Source of the DNA: a virus
Lineage: Duplodnaviria > Caudoviricetes
DNA length: 48,688 bases
Direction: 5' to 3' (one strand)
Virus record (IMG/VR): IMGVR_UViG_3300044631_002939
Coordinates: 1 to 48,688 of that record
The notes beneath the pieces were generated by a model. That model did no database searches and was not told where the DNA came from. It saw only the letters and a list, made by a program, of their open reading frames with translations. Position numbers and translations under genes: made by a program. This document shows positions 17,898-28,683 of the stretch, piece by piece. The stretch's first letter is position 1. Each line of letters begins with the position of its first letter.

Positions 17898-20800
17898 TGC
17901 TGAGCCCTCGCCTAGGCAATGAGCCGCGAAGCCGGCTGCTACCGGAAGAAATTGAGCTGCTAAAGATCACCGGCTGGACAGAGGCCGAATACGACTGGTT
18001 TCTTAGCCAAAACCGCAAGGCATCTATTGAACTGGCAAAAAGTGGAGAGCCGACCGCTCTGCTAATTATACCGGCGCTAATAACTTTGGTTGTAGGCGTC
18101 GCACTAAACTATGCAATATCGGCGCTGTTTGCCCCGCAGCAAGTATCAAACAAGCAGTCGCGCATAGAGTCGGAAACGATAGAAGGCCAATCGATTGTAA
18201 ACAATGCCAAATACGCGCCATCGTCTGGGTTCGATTCCCTGCAAAACGTTGTTGAGCTGGGCAGCGTTGTGCCAGTGGTATTTGCCAAGCGCGAAACCAT
18301 TGATGGAATCACCTATGGTGGGGTGCGTGTAAACACAAACCTGCTTTGGTCGCAGCTATATTCCCTTGGCGATAGCCAGCTGTATAAGGCTCTACTTATG
18401 GTGGGTGTTGCGGGGCTGGGCACGCCTAGGCCGGAACAGATTGCCATTGGCGACAATTTATTAACCAGCTATGATCTGAATCCGTCCGGTAGCTCTGAGT
18501 CTAGAGTTGCTATCTACTATCAAAACGCAGGCCGGCGCATTGTGTCTGGCGACTTTATTGCCGGCAGAAGTGCCGCAGCAGATATTGGTAATTCGCAAAA
18601 CGCTGGCGCCGCTGACGTGTTTGAAGTTCGCGGGGCAGATGGCGCATGGGCGCCTAACTTTTGCTATGCCAGCGCACCCAGCAGTCAAACCGTTTTTGGC
18701 CTTTATGCTCCAATCGGCAATAATCTAAGCATTAGAGTAAATCCAAGAATAGAGCCGATGAGCAGGCCTCAAACTCAGCAAGCAGGCCAAAAAAATGATA
18801 GGTCCTATCTTGTTTGCAAAAAAGACCCTCAGGCGGTACTGCGCAGGGCAAAGCAACAATTTCCATTCAGCTGCCGCAGCGGCTTTGTCCGCATCAATTA
18901 TGTAGGTGGTGGTGGATTTGATACCGCAGCAGACTCCGTACACGCCGTTTCAAAGGGCCAGGAGTGCCTATTCTATATGTCTAACCTATCCGATGATTTA
19001 TCCGTCTGGAAGTACGACAATGGGCAGCAGGAGAGCACCACCAATGGCCTGGACGTGGCGCAGACCCTGGCGGCCAAGCAAAGGGCCTGGGATGAAGCCT
19101 TGGTGCTGGGGGCGCTCTACAAATGCGGTTCCGCCATCTTGGTACTGGCGGGCAAAAGCCCAGATGCACCATTTGTCAGCCGCATAGATATATCGCCAGC
19201 CGGCGGCGGCCAAGCAATTGTTTATGCTTTTAAGGTGCTTGAGCCTGGCCCCATGTGTTTTACATCCTGGGACAAGGTGAACCGAAACATTACCGACGGG
19301 CTTATTGCTGGCGCTTCCGGTACGGAAGACTGCTTCTTTGTAAATAGTGCTATAAGCTACAAAAACGGCACAGGGGGCAGCCACCTGTACCGGCTGGCGG
19401 CAGCCACCTTTGCCATGGCAAGGCCAGGCCAGGTAATTGAAATAGGCTATAAAACAACTGCTTCCTTGCGCTATAGCGGCATCTGCAATTTTGCCGCCAC
19501 TGAGACTTACGAGTATGCCGACTGGAATGGTTGTCTGGCATACGACAACACCTACCTGGCCGGGCCGGGCGCAGCTTCTGGCCGAGTAGTCGTCACATCC
19601 CAGTACCAGTCAGGCACGGTTCAGGCCCCGGAAATTCGCTATGTAGCGTCTCGGCTATCGTTTCGGGTGATGGGCACTGAAAGCTGGACGGATTTTCCGC
19701 ATATTTTCCTGTTCAAGGGGGTGGGAGCCGCCGAAAGCCGTGATTATGCTCGCATCAATTTACCAGCAAATGAGATATATGAATTTAAGCAGTTACCAAT
19801 TGATGGCTGGGAGATTCGCCATGGCTACGCAGCGGGGACCCTGTGCCTGTTGGACGCTAGCCAGTCGTCGTTGCAAACCATTGCTGGCGCTGGGGCCGTT
19901 GTTCAATTCAATGGCAGCTTCTTGCCCCGCAATCAATCCACGTTTGCAATGCCTCCAATGCAAAGCAATAAAGATATTGGCCTTGGCGATTACGAACGCG
20001 GCGACAACGGTGCTTACTGCTATGTTGACCCATGGGGGCGACTTGCTAATATATTCGGCTACGAAGAGATTGCGGTTTCCAACAACTCTCCGGAGTGCCA
20101 GATCGCCTACGTGAACAGCTTTAGCGTTAATGCCGTGAGTCCTACCTACTCGGACCTGAGCACTATTGGTCTATCCATGCGCAGTGCTCTTGAATTTCAG
20201 TCGGCCCAGCAGGTTAGCGTTTACCTGGATCAGGGGGTTGGCAATACCCATTTGATCGGCTCTGTTTTGCGCATTATGGCCACCAATCCCGTGTTCGGTC
20301 TAGGCGAAAAAATCAGCCCCACCTGTATAACTCCATCTTTTGATCAGATGGATACCTGGACTTACAATAGGCGTTATTTCTTTGATGGTGCGCTGTCGGA
20401 ACCATTTAATTTTCGCGTAAAAGGCGCGGAGCTTGCCAATTTCTTTTTACTGGATCTCCTCTCTAAGGGCTCACAGTTTTATTTGCAGCCCATTGCAGAG
20501 CAGGGGCAAATATATACGCCAATGGCAATGTATAGCGCTGGCAATGTCTCTCAGTTTGATTATGCCCAGTATGAGCCCGAACAGCGCACACCGCCTATCG
20601 TTCAGGTACTTTGGCGGCAGGAGCGACCGAGCTCTGCCATCAGCAACCGAGGCATATTTCCCGTCACCATGCAGGTCTCCGTCAGGGAGGCCGGCACCCC
20701 TGAATCTGCCCCGATCATTCCCATTGACGTATCCAAATGGTGTACATCTGAGATCCAAGCAATACATATTGGCAAAATGGAATGCCGCAAAAGAAGACTG

Positions 20801-22357
20801 ATCACGGCTGGTGTGAAGCTAACGACAATCCCTGAACAGGCCGCATTTGAGCCGGGCCGCATTATCAAGGTGGGCTTGCGCACGGTAACTTTTAACATGC
20901 CACGCAGCGGCATCATCCTTGATAACGGCACTGTCGTTTGCATCCCCGCCGCAGCCTCCGAGCCACTGCCTGATGGCACCTACCCCATGCTGCTGTCAAA
21001 TGGCGGCGGCCAAGAGTTGATCCGCGATGACGTAGCTATAACTGACGGCAAGGCGCCAGCCTATGCGGGGGCGGTGTTCATGCTTGGGGAGGTTACACCC
21101 ACATCGCAAACATTCAAAATTTCAAAGGTTGAATTTAACGAAGATGGCGACGTGATCTGCGAAGCATCCGAGTACCCACTAGATGCCGATGGTCGATCAT
21201 TGCTGGTGGCTGGCTGGGATGTTGCCGGAAACTGGGTGATTCAAGGTCAGACATCCGGTGGATCCAGTCTTGCTATTAATCAGCCGTTTTCCAGCGTGCA
21301 AATTCTGGGAAACTCAACCTCGCCGCTGAATGGCTGGAGCACTTTCACCGCCATGGTCACCGGGCCATCGGGCAGCTACACCTATGCCTGGTCGGGCTCT
21401 GGCATGACAATTGACAGCCCCTCCCAGGCCAGCACGCAAGTCACATTCACCGGATCTGGATCAAAAACAATCAGCCTTTCTGTAACACAGGGAGGCATAA
21501 CGCAAACAGCTACAAAAACTATAAATGTAGCTGGGCTTACTGGATTTGAATCCATTGGCGCCGTAACAATTGCCGGAGCCGCTGCCGCCGTCGTTGGCGA
21601 TACCAAAAGCTACACCGCGGCTTGCTCTGGCGCTGTCGCTCCTACGGCCTGGTCGTGGAGTATTTCACCATCCACCAGCGCCAGCCTCACCGCCAGCGGC
21701 GCCAACGCCAGCGTTACCTACACCGCTGACGGGCCATGCCTTCTAAGAGCGATTGCCACCAATGTCACAGCCGTTGACAGCCCGGCAATGGCAACAAAAT
21801 CGGTTGATGTGAGCCCAGCAAACACAATTGGGGATATTGCAATTGCCGGACCCACGGCCCCCGGTGCTGGGATTGCCGCTACCTTTACGGCATCCCAAGC
21901 GGGCCTGGCTGCCGGAACAACGTGGGCCTGGTCGGTGTTTCCCGCCAATGCCACGATCAGCGGCACCGGCTCCAGTGTTGACATCACGTTTCCCACCCCG
22001 AGCACCACCTACACCGTTACGGCCACGGCCACAAACAGCAGCGCAACCGACAGCCCCCGCACTCAAACCAGGGCGGTAACGCCAGTGCCTGTTCTGGGGA
22101 TTGTAACGGTGACAGGTGCCACTGCTCCCACCAGTAACGTAGCCACCACCTACTCTGCCACGGTTGCCGGCACGGCATCGGTAAGCGCCTGGAGCTGGAG
22201 CGTCACCCCAGCGGGGGCCACGATCACCGGCTCAGGTGCTAGCCGCAGCATTGCCTTTCCAATAGCTGGCACTGCCTATACGGTGACTGCCACCGCAACC
22301 AATAGCAGCGCACCGGACAGCCCCAGGGCTGGAACCAGAACCGCAACGCCTGTCTAG
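17894..22357 (+). CDS. Tail tip/central fibre (host-specificity) protein with C-terminal Ig/PKD-like repeats
   Basis: 1487 aa. ELGSVVPVVF, GGVRVN..LLWSQ, FFDG, QVLWRQE motifs, and tandem ~90-aa repeats with W.WS...A.I and TATATN...DSP. Confidence 0.75.
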   Translation: MMLSPRLGNEPRSRLLPEEIELLKITGWTEAEYDWFLSQNRKASIELAKSGEPTALLIIPALITLVVGVALNYAISALFAPQQVSNKQSRIESETIEGQSIVNNAKYAPSSGFDSLQNVVELGSVVPVVFAKRETIDGITYGGVRVNTNLLWSQLYSLGDSQLYKALLMVGVAGLGTPRPEQIAIGDNLLTSYDLNPSGSSESRVAIYYQNAGRRIVSGDFIAGRSAAADIGNSQNAGAADVFEVRGADGAWAPNFCYASAPSSQTVFGLYAPIGNNLSIRVNPRIEPMSRPQTQQAGQKNDRSYLVCKKDPQAVLRRAKQQFPFSCRSGFVRINYVGGGGFDTAADSVHAVSKGQECLFYMSNLSDDLSVWKYDNGQQESTTNGLDVAQTLAAKQRAWDEALVLGALYKCGSAILVLAGKSPDAPFVSRIDISPAGGGQAIVYAFKVLEPGPMCFTSWDKVNRNITDGLIAGASGTEDCFFVNSAISYKNGTGGSHLYRLAAATFAMARPGQVIEIGYKTTASLRYSGICNFAATETYEYADWNGCLAYDNTYLAGPGAASGRVVVTSQYQSGTVQAPEIRYVASRLSFRVMGTESWTDFPHIFLFKGVGAAESRDYARINLPANEIYEFKQLPIDGWEIRHGYAAGTLCLLDASQSSLQTIAGAGAVVQFNGSFLPRNQSTFAMPPMQSNKDIGLGDYERGDNGAYCYVDPWGRLANIFGYEEIAVSNNSPECQIAYVNSFSVNAVSPTYSDLSTIGLSMRSALEFQSAQQVSVYLDQGVGNTHLIGSVLRIMATNPVFGLGEKISPTCITPSFDQMDTWTYNRRYFFDGALSEPFNFRVKGAELANFFLLDLLSKGSQFYLQPIAEQGQIYTPMAMYSAGNVSQFDYAQYEPEQRTPPIVQVLWRQERPSSAISNRGIFPVTMQVSVREAGTPESAPIIPIDVSKWCTSEIQAIHIGKMECRKRRLITAGVKLTTIPEQAAFEPGRIIKVGLRTVTFNMPRSGIILDNGTVVCIPAAASEPLPDGTYPMLLSNGGGQELIRDDVAITDGKAPAYAGAVFMLGEVTPTSQTFKISKVEFNEDGDVICEASEYPLDADGRSLLVAGWDVAGNWVIQGQTSGGSSLAINQPFSSVQILGNSTSPLNGWSTFTAMVTGPSGSYTYAWSGSGMTIDSPSQASTQVTFTGSGSKTISLSVTQGGITQTATKTINVAGLTGFESIGAVTIAGAAAAVVGDTKSYTAACSGAVAPTAWSWSISPSTSASLTASGANASVTYTADGPCLLRAIATNVTAVDSPAMATKSVDVSPANTIGDIAIAGPTAPGAGIAATFTASQAGLAAGTTWAWSVFPANATISGTGSSVDITFPTPSTTYTVTATATNSSATDSPRTQTRAVTPVPVLGIVTVTGATAPTSNVATTYSATVAGTASVSAWSWSVTPAGATITGSGASRSIAFPIAGTAYTVTATATNSSAPDSPRAGTRTATPV

Positions 22358-22359
22358 CC

Positions 22360-22761
22360 ATGCCCATTGCCTTGCCCATTGCCTTCCCGTTAGAAGTGGT
22401 TCCCGCCGCCCGCAAACTGACCCCTGGGGCGCACCCCTCCAGGGTATTCAAGGCGCTGAATGGAGCCGAAACCCCCATCCTCCTCGGCGATCGAATGACT
22501 GGGGCCAGCGTCCAAGCCAGCTGGCCGTGCCTGAGTGATGCGCAAGCCCAGCTGGCCTGGACGGCCTGGACGAACAGCTACAGCGGGGTTTATGGCACGC
22601 AGGTGCCGCCAGGGCTGTTGCTGGGCCTGGCGGCCGATGGACTCAATTTCCCCGCCTACCTGGACTGGGTGATCCAGGCAGAGCCCGAGATCAACAGCAT
22701 CCCCGGTGCACCTGGCCATTCAACTCTGTCATTGATCATGCGCGGTCGATTGCTGGCGTAA
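22360..22761 (+). CDS. Putative distal-tail-like protein
   Basis: FP...P.AR...PG..P...FKALNG pattern; located in tail module. Confidence 0.5.
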   Translation: MPIALPIAFPLEVVPAARKLTPGAHPSRVFKALNGAETPILLGDRMTGASVQASWPCLSDAQAQLAWTAWTNSYSGVYGTQVPPGLLLGLAADGLNFPAYLDWVIQAEPEINSIPGAPGHSTLSLIMRGRLLA

Positions 22762-22798
22762 AGCGCTGGGTAGACTGGATCAATCTGGATGCCGACAA

Positions 22799-23218
22799 AT
22801 GTCCGATGTCCTTACCGGCAGCGATGGTTCCTTCCGTTTCGAGGGGCAAATAATCAATCCATGTCGAGGATGGACGTTAAACATTCAACGGGAAAAGATT
22901 GACACAACTGGCCTCGCCGTTTATGACCGCACGTACAGGCAAACGTTGCGGGCGACAACCGGATCGGCGATCGTGCTCTACGATCCGAACATCCCAAGCC
23001 ATTCGTCATTGTTTAATCGCATCCTGAATGATAGCAGCGCTGTAGACGAAATTCATTTTGTGTTTTACAATAATGCTTTTGGATCTAGTAATGCCCAAGA
23101 GGGCGCCATTAGCGGAGACTGCCTCATTGACAATACATCGGTATCGATGAATGTAGGCGAGGCAATGGCGACAACGCTTAATTTTACCGTTCAGGGCAGA
23201 TTAAGGGGGCAATTCTAA
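22799..23218 (+). CDS. Tail-tube-fold structural protein
   Basis: TGSDG...WTLNIQREKIDTTGL...RTY....TTGSA..LYD...NFTVQG pattern. Confidence 0.6.
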   Translation: MSDVLTGSDGSFRFEGQIINPCRGWTLNIQREKIDTTGLAVYDRTYRQTLRATTGSAIVLYDPNIPSHSSLFNRILNDSSAVDEIHFVFYNNAFGSSNAQEGAISGDCLIDNTSVSMNVGEAMATTLNFTVQGRLRGQF

Positions 23219-24097
23219 ATGCCTGTTCTTGGCCGCGGCGGCAAGCTTGAGCTAAGGCGTGAAACACCTGACCCGACAAGCATTTCTTTTGTTTTGGCGG
23301 ATGTGGGGGTGGGCACCCTGCAGCTGGCTGGTAACACGCTCTGGCCCGGCGATCAGGTGACCATTGCCGCAGACAGGGGGCTGCCCTTTTATGAGGCCAA
23401 CATGGTGCCCCTCTGCCCCGGCGGGATGGGGATGATCCCAGGCACGGTTTTACATCGTCATCCATCCTGGACAAACAACACCACATTCTTTCCCTCCACG
23501 CTCCCTACCAGCTTCTGGCCCAGCCTGCCAATTCAAACAACGGCCAATGTTTATATCGGCGTCAACCGGCTAGGTCGTGTAGGCTTTTACAGCACAAGGG
23601 CCGCAGCACTCAATGGTGGCTCCGTTGGCCGAACGCAGCTGGCACCCGTGGATTTTGATGTATTAACAGTTACACCAATCGATAGTGACTGGCTGGTGCT
23701 TTGCGACTTGCAGAAATGGACGCTCAATCAAGACGCTGCCAGCGTTGATCAAACCGGGCTGGGTGCTAGGTTTGGCGAAAGTGTAAAAACTCTGCTTACG
23801 GGTGGGGGCGACTTGGAGTTTTTTGTAGACCGCAGATCACGGAGTGGAGCGGCCGACACCACCACGCTGCTAAACCTGCTGTTGATGGTGGAGAGGGGCT
23901 GCAAGGCCGATGCTCGCTTTTGGATGCTGAGCGATCGACCGGAAACAGCCAACTCCGAGCTACTGCCAGGAGACCTGTATTACCAGGCAGAGATATTGAT
24001 TTTGGGAACGTCAATCCAAACTGCCGCCGCAGAGCTGATCACCGGCTCCGTGCGTTTTGTGACCACCGGGACAATCCAGTTGCTGATGGGCCTGTAA
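23219..24097 (+). CDS. Structural protein with C-terminal tail-tube-like domain
   Basis: WTLNQDAASVDQTGLG.RF...LLTGGG...RFVTTG.I parallels the preceding gene. Confidence 0.6.
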   Translation: MPVLGRGGKLELRRETPDPTSISFVLADVGVGTLQLAGNTLWPGDQVTIAADRGLPFYEANMVPLCPGGMGMIPGTVLHRHPSWTNNTTFFPSTLPTSFWPSLPIQTTANVYIGVNRLGRVGFYSTRAAALNGGSVGRTQLAPVDFDVLTVTPIDSDWLVLCDLQKWTLNQDAASVDQTGLGARFGESVKTLLTGGGDLEFFVDRRSRSGAADTTTLLNLLLMVERGCKADARFWMLSDRPETANSELLPGDLYYQAEILILGTSIQTAAAELITGSVRFVTTGTIQLLMGL

Positions 24098-24126
24098 CCC
24101 CATACTGGAGTACTGGGTTTGCGGAC

Positions 24127-27100
24127 ATGCCAAAAATCGTTCCGGGTGGTCGCTCGGGCTGGCTGGGTGAAACCAATACGCCTGTGGCCAATACCCTGGC
24201 CCAGTGGTCAGCCATGGTTTCCGCTCTGCGCCAGCTGGTTGGCAATGCAAATATCGCTAGCGGCTCCAGTGAATCTACGGACCCACTTACGGCGCCATTC
24301 CATCTGTATTACGACTGGGATATAGGCCGAGACACCTACGTGACCGGCGATTTTAACAGCTTTGAATCATCTGGTACTGACGAAGAAATAATAGCGCAGA
24401 AACTGAAGCGGTTGCGCAATCAAAAGTTGGAATGCGGCTACAGCAAGCACGCACCATTCAAGACGCTAAATCGCCTGGTGTTAGAGGCCTATATCATTAC
24501 GTCGCTAAACTGGTACACCTACAATGACGAAAGGGCCCATCGCGACTGCGTTATTATCCATGCTGGAGCGGGTCCGCAGCCCCTGTTCAACCATCCTGGG
24601 AGCCACGCTAGCGCTGTTCCCATTACCACCTGGACCAATGGCAAGGAGCCAACCTGGCAGGAGCTAATTGCATTTAATGATAACACCCTCGGCGGCGTAA
24701 TTATACCCAGAGGTTGCGCATTTGACGGGGCGGATTTACGCAAAACATCACTGGTTCATCAATGGGCTCCCGAGCCGGCGGATATTGCCGCAGACTACAG
24801 CAATATCAGGTGCTGTTTATATTTGACGCCTGATGCTCATGTTGTAGATTTTACGTTTCGCGATCCGCCTGGGCAAAATAAGTCTTTGCATTTGCTTTAT
24901 GAATTTGGCTTTGTATCACGGACGCAACTGGACGCGTTTTACGCCAAGGCCTTCACCGCCCTAGGCTCTAGCGCCAACCTGTCGGCTGCGCTCAGCCAGG
25001 CGCGAGCCAGCGAATATCAAACTGTTGGCCCGTTTGTGGGCAGCCCAAGCCCCGCCTATGACACAGTGAAGGGATCATCCCCCTACCCTGAGCGCATCAG
25101 CGGGCGCAGCGAATGGGGAAGGGGCGGCCTGTTTATCGATGGGGACACCCTAGGCGGCCTGAAATCTGTAGTCACAGCACAATACACCGGAGTTAAGCTC
25201 CAAAACGACATAAACTGCCTGCAAATTTATTCTGGTGGCAGCTGGATCACCCCTCCCAGCCTTCAGGCCTACATCGACACGATTCCCGACAACCGTCGAA
25301 TCAAGCCGCAGCGCGTTCACTGCCATTTGCTGGTAATTCGTGATGCTTTCTGTAGCGAAGTTAGCGTTTTCGGTGTTGGTCAAGCCGTAAGGGCTCGAGC
25401 GGACTTGGGGGGAGAAATCGTTTCATCCAACGGCAATTTCACGTTTGGCAGCTGCGCTGCGCTTGCTACCGGCTATGCGCGAACGGCTGTTCCGCTGGAT
25501 ACAGGCTGGCTGATAAATCGAATCAGCGTGCCACTCAATCTATCTGATAAAACACCTGCAATCAGGCGAATCGCACTGGGGACGGTGGCGAGCCATAGCG
25601 CCTCGAACATCACCCTGTCGCAGGCGTTGTCTGCTGATACCACAGGTACAACCCCTCAACTGCTGGCCACAGACGGTTATTCGTTGCCGGGCGGCACCTA
25701 TGTATGGGTTGAAAACCCTGACGGCGACGATTGGCGAGCGTTATTGACCTCGACAGCCTGGGCACCTGGCACCCCTGCCCGAATCAATATCACAGCGGCG
25801 TTGAGCCAGAGTGGTACCAATGCAGACGTACCCAGTAACTTCGGTATTAGCAACGCTATTGGGAAATCAGTCTACATCCGCCGAGTGGTAGATAACCGCA
25901 CTTTGGCAGAGCGCTCAGCATCCCTGGAATTGACAACATATTCTAGTCGCACGCCAAATCGGTCTGCAATATTGCAGACATCGGCAGGCGTATCAGGTGG
26001 CGGCATTAACAGGCCTTTGGCCCCAGATGGGGAAGAGGTGCTGGCTGTTACCAGCACCTCTAAAACAGAATTTGGAGCGCGGGTGACGCTGCGGCGCAGC
26101 TGTCCCAGTACCACGTACACAGTTGGCACTTTTTATCGAAAAGGTGTAGTAGTTAAGGCTGTCAACAAGCACTTCAAGGCTATTCGAGATAATTACGCCA
26201 CCGCATCAACCCCGCCGTTAAGTGACTGGGATGAGGCTTACGTACACATGCCAGAAGCCTATAATCCAGAAGAACCGATTACTAACGAAGCGCCGCAAAT
26301 TGTTTTTAATACTGATACCGACCCGAATGACATAACCACAAGTTGCGGTATAAACTGGACAACAATTTTTACTGATCCCGGCCCTGTCCGGGATCAATAC
26401 CGCACGGGCTCCGACGTACTAGGCCTCTACGCACTGCTGCGCGCATTAGGTTTTTCGGAAAGCGCTACCTGGACAGCTCTGACACCTCGCGCCACAGCTA
26501 CCCGCAGACTGAATCCCGCTAGCGCAGCGGATTTTCCTTCGCCGCCATCTGGCGGCGCCGCGTCTGGCCTCGCCTTGTGGGCTGTGGAGCTTCGCCGCCC
26601 TACTACAATCACACTTTCAAACTTTACCTACGACCAGGGAGCTGGCCACGGCAATTACTCCACCGGTTTGCCGAGGGCGCAGAAGCCGATGTCAGCGTCA
26701 AATCTATTTTCGCTGTATTTCACGAATGGCGGCGGCGGCCGAGTAGTGGTAAATGGCGTAAACGAAAACGGGCAAGTTGTGACAAATAGAGGCATTACTG
26801 ATGCCGAAACAGGTGAAACAGTGTTGGCTGGCGACCAGGCTGGAACGGAAAATAGCAAGCAACAAGATTTCTCCAATATCTTAATTAATGGATTAGTTGG
26901 CTCTGGAGTATGGAACCTAGGCGCTTTAGCTAGCTTGCTATTCCCAAGCTCCAGTGCGGGCAAGACTACAAGCCTGGGAACGGTTAGGTTAGCCAATGCT
27001 GCTGCACTGCGTTCTAGCAATACTCTGAGCGGCGCAAATGACACAGAGCTAAACGCAAGTTTAGACAACACGCCTGAAGTTGTATGTCTTAAAGGCTTGA

Positions 27101-28683
27101 ACTATTGGGCGCGGAACGCGGGGGTGCTTACCCGTAGAACTGGAATTGCCACTCTTTATGTTGTGCCTGATAGCGCAACAGCATCAGGGCAGAGCTTTAA
27201 TTTTGACGGCACGTTGGTCACGCTGACGCTCAACCCAGTTAGGTCAGCTGCAGAAGTTTTCGACGCACCACCTCTAACGGGAGCAACTGCAGTTACATTT
27301 GCGGTTGCCGTCGCCTATGCAAACGCAGTTTTCAGCCCAGGGGAGACGGTAAGGTATCAGTTGGCTAACGGCCCTTACTGGAACAGTCCCGCACCTATGG
27401 GCCATAAGGCTGAAGTAATAGGAGCCACCGCTAGATTTCCAGAAACAGCCGTAGTTGCAAACTACACATCTGCAAACACTAAGCCAACAACAGATGTAAA
27501 AGCTTTGCATGACGCTCGGAGTCCATTCCTTGTGCCGTGTTTCGCTACAGGGATCAGGATCTCTCAGATTGTTCCTCAGCAATATGTATTCATTACAGCG
27601 GTTCCCTTCAGTCTTGACTTGAATTACGGCGGCACAATACGTGCAGTTTGCTGGCTAAGTGTTTCAGCCACGTTGGCCGATACCAGCAATTTTCCTTCGG
27701 ACCCACTTTACGTTGCTGAAACACGGACGTATAGGACATCAGGAATCAGCTTGGCGAACTTTATTGACAACTACTTTGACGGCGCCGTGCCGAGTGGTTT
27801 CAGTGTTTATGGCTTTTGGTCTCTCTATAACATTTCAGTCGGAAAGGGCTTACAATACCTGCGCGACATAGTGTTTGGCGCCAAGAGCCCGTCTATACAA
27901 GCTGATACCCAATCCTTTAATGTCTGGGTTGCTGGCGATGCTGAAGTGTATTCAGGCGGCATTTATTATCTTGGAAACACCAGTTTAACCACTGCAAGCC
28001 TGCCCAAGGCAATAGCGAAAGGTATTACAGTAACCAACGCCCTAGGAGTGCTCAACAGCCGGTTCTATATCGGCTCCTCTACGGGCGGTGCGTCACGAAC
28101 TCTAAGGGTCGGCTTTAATGTGTATTTTCAGAATAATCCTGACAGCGTAGGTAGTGCCGATAAAAATTTTAATACAAATTGCATTCATATTCTGGACGAC
28201 AACGGCAACTACGGACTGGTGGCAAACCGATCGGCCACTGACGGCACACGGGGGGCGGCAGTGAGCGGATTTATCGGCGATCTTGCTTTTGGCTCAACTC
28301 TTATCACGGGCGGTTATGCGCACTGGAATAGCGGTTATACATATCCAAATAAACATCACGGGATAGCGGGAGCGTTTGGAAACCTTAGCCTCGCAATATG
28401 GGGTCTAACTGACCAGCCTTGCGTTGGTCTTGTGGTTCAAGAGGGTCTAAAAATAGCCAGGGAGCCGTCTTACAATAATTCCCTGTGGCAGATGGCCACA
28501 AGCGGAGCGACTTTAACGTCAAACGTAACCTTGACATCGGCTCCGGGAGGTTCACAAATATCCTACGACTTTGCCTACAACAACGCCGCTAACCTCAAAA
28601 TTAGCGCTTTTTACAAAGGCATAGACGTAAATACCGGCACCCAAGTGCTCGGCTCCTTGCCATCCAATCGCTTTTTCGGCTAA
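24127..28683 (+). CDS. Large tail fibre/receptor-binding protein
   Basis: Probable start ATG 24127 (MPKIVPGG). APFKTLNR and IIPRG....G.DLRKT motifs are seen in cyanophage fibre proteins. Thr/Gly/Asn-rich; 3' part more AT-rich. Confidence 0.7.
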   Translation: MPKIVPGGRSGWLGETNTPVANTLAQWSAMVSALRQLVGNANIASGSSESTDPLTAPFHLYYDWDIGRDTYVTGDFNSFESSGTDEEIIAQKLKRLRNQKLECGYSKHAPFKTLNRLVLEAYIITSLNWYTYNDERAHRDCVIIHAGAGPQPLFNHPGSHASAVPITTWTNGKEPTWQELIAFNDNTLGGVIIPRGCAFDGADLRKTSLVHQWAPEPADIAADYSNIRCCLYLTPDAHVVDFTFRDPPGQNKSLHLLYEFGFVSRTQLDAFYAKAFTALGSSANLSAALSQARASEYQTVGPFVGSPSPAYDTVKGSSPYPERISGRSEWGRGGLFIDGDTLGGLKSVVTAQYTGVKLQNDINCLQIYSGGSWITPPSLQAYIDTIPDNRRIKPQRVHCHLLVIRDAFCSEVSVFGVGQAVRARADLGGEIVSSNGNFTFGSCAALATGYARTAVPLDTGWLINRISVPLNLSDKTPAIRRIALGTVASHSASNITLSQALSADTTGTTPQLLATDGYSLPGGTYVWVENPDGDDWRALLTSTAWAPGTPARINITAALSQSGTNADVPSNFGISNAIGKSVYIRRVVDNRTLAERSASLELTTYSSRTPNRSAILQTSAGVSGGGINRPLAPDGEEVLAVTSTSKTEFGARVTLRRSCPSTTYTVGTFYRKGVVVKAVNKHFKAIRDNYATASTPPLSDWDEAYVHMPEAYNPEEPITNEAPQIVFNTDTDPNDITTSCGINWTTIFTDPGPVRDQYRTGSDVLGLYALLRALGFSESATWTALTPRATATRRLNPASAADFPSPPSGGAASGLALWAVELRRPTTITLSNFTYDQGAGHGNYSTGLPRAQKPMSASNLFSLYFTNGGGGRVVVNGVNENGQVVTNRGITDAETGETVLAGDQAGTENSKQQDFSNILINGLVGSGVWNLGALASLLFPSSSAGKTTSLGTVRLANAAALRSSNTLSGANDTELNASLDNTPEVVCLKGLNYWARNAGVLTRRTGIATLYVVPDSATASGQSFNFDGTLVTLTLNPVRSAAEVFDAPPLTGATAVTFAVAVAYANAVFSPGETVRYQLANGPYWNSPAPMGHKAEVIGATARFPETAVVANYTSANTKPTTDVKALHDARSPFLVPCFATGIRISQIVPQQYVFITAVPFSLDLNYGGTIRAVCWLSVSATLADTSNFPSDPLYVAETRTYRTSGISLANFIDNYFDGAVPSGFSVYGFWSLYNISVGKGLQYLRDIVFGAKSPSIQADTQSFNVWVAGDAEVYSGGIYYLGNTSLTTASLPKAIAKGITVTNALGVLNSRFYIGSSTGGASRTLRVGFNVYFQNNPDSVGSADKNFNTNCIHILDDNGNYGLVANRSATDGTRGAAVSGFIGDLAFGSTLITGGYAHWNSGYTYPNKHHGIAGAFGNLSLAIWGLTDQPCVGLVVQEGLKIAREPSYNNSLWQMATSGATLTSNVTLTSAPGGSQISYDFAYNNAANLKISAFYKGIDVNTGTQVLGSLPSNRFFG

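Noticed and set aside
23920-24126. Upstream extension of the fibre ORF
   Set aside because: Overlaps the preceding gene and looks non-coding; ATG 24127 is more plausible.
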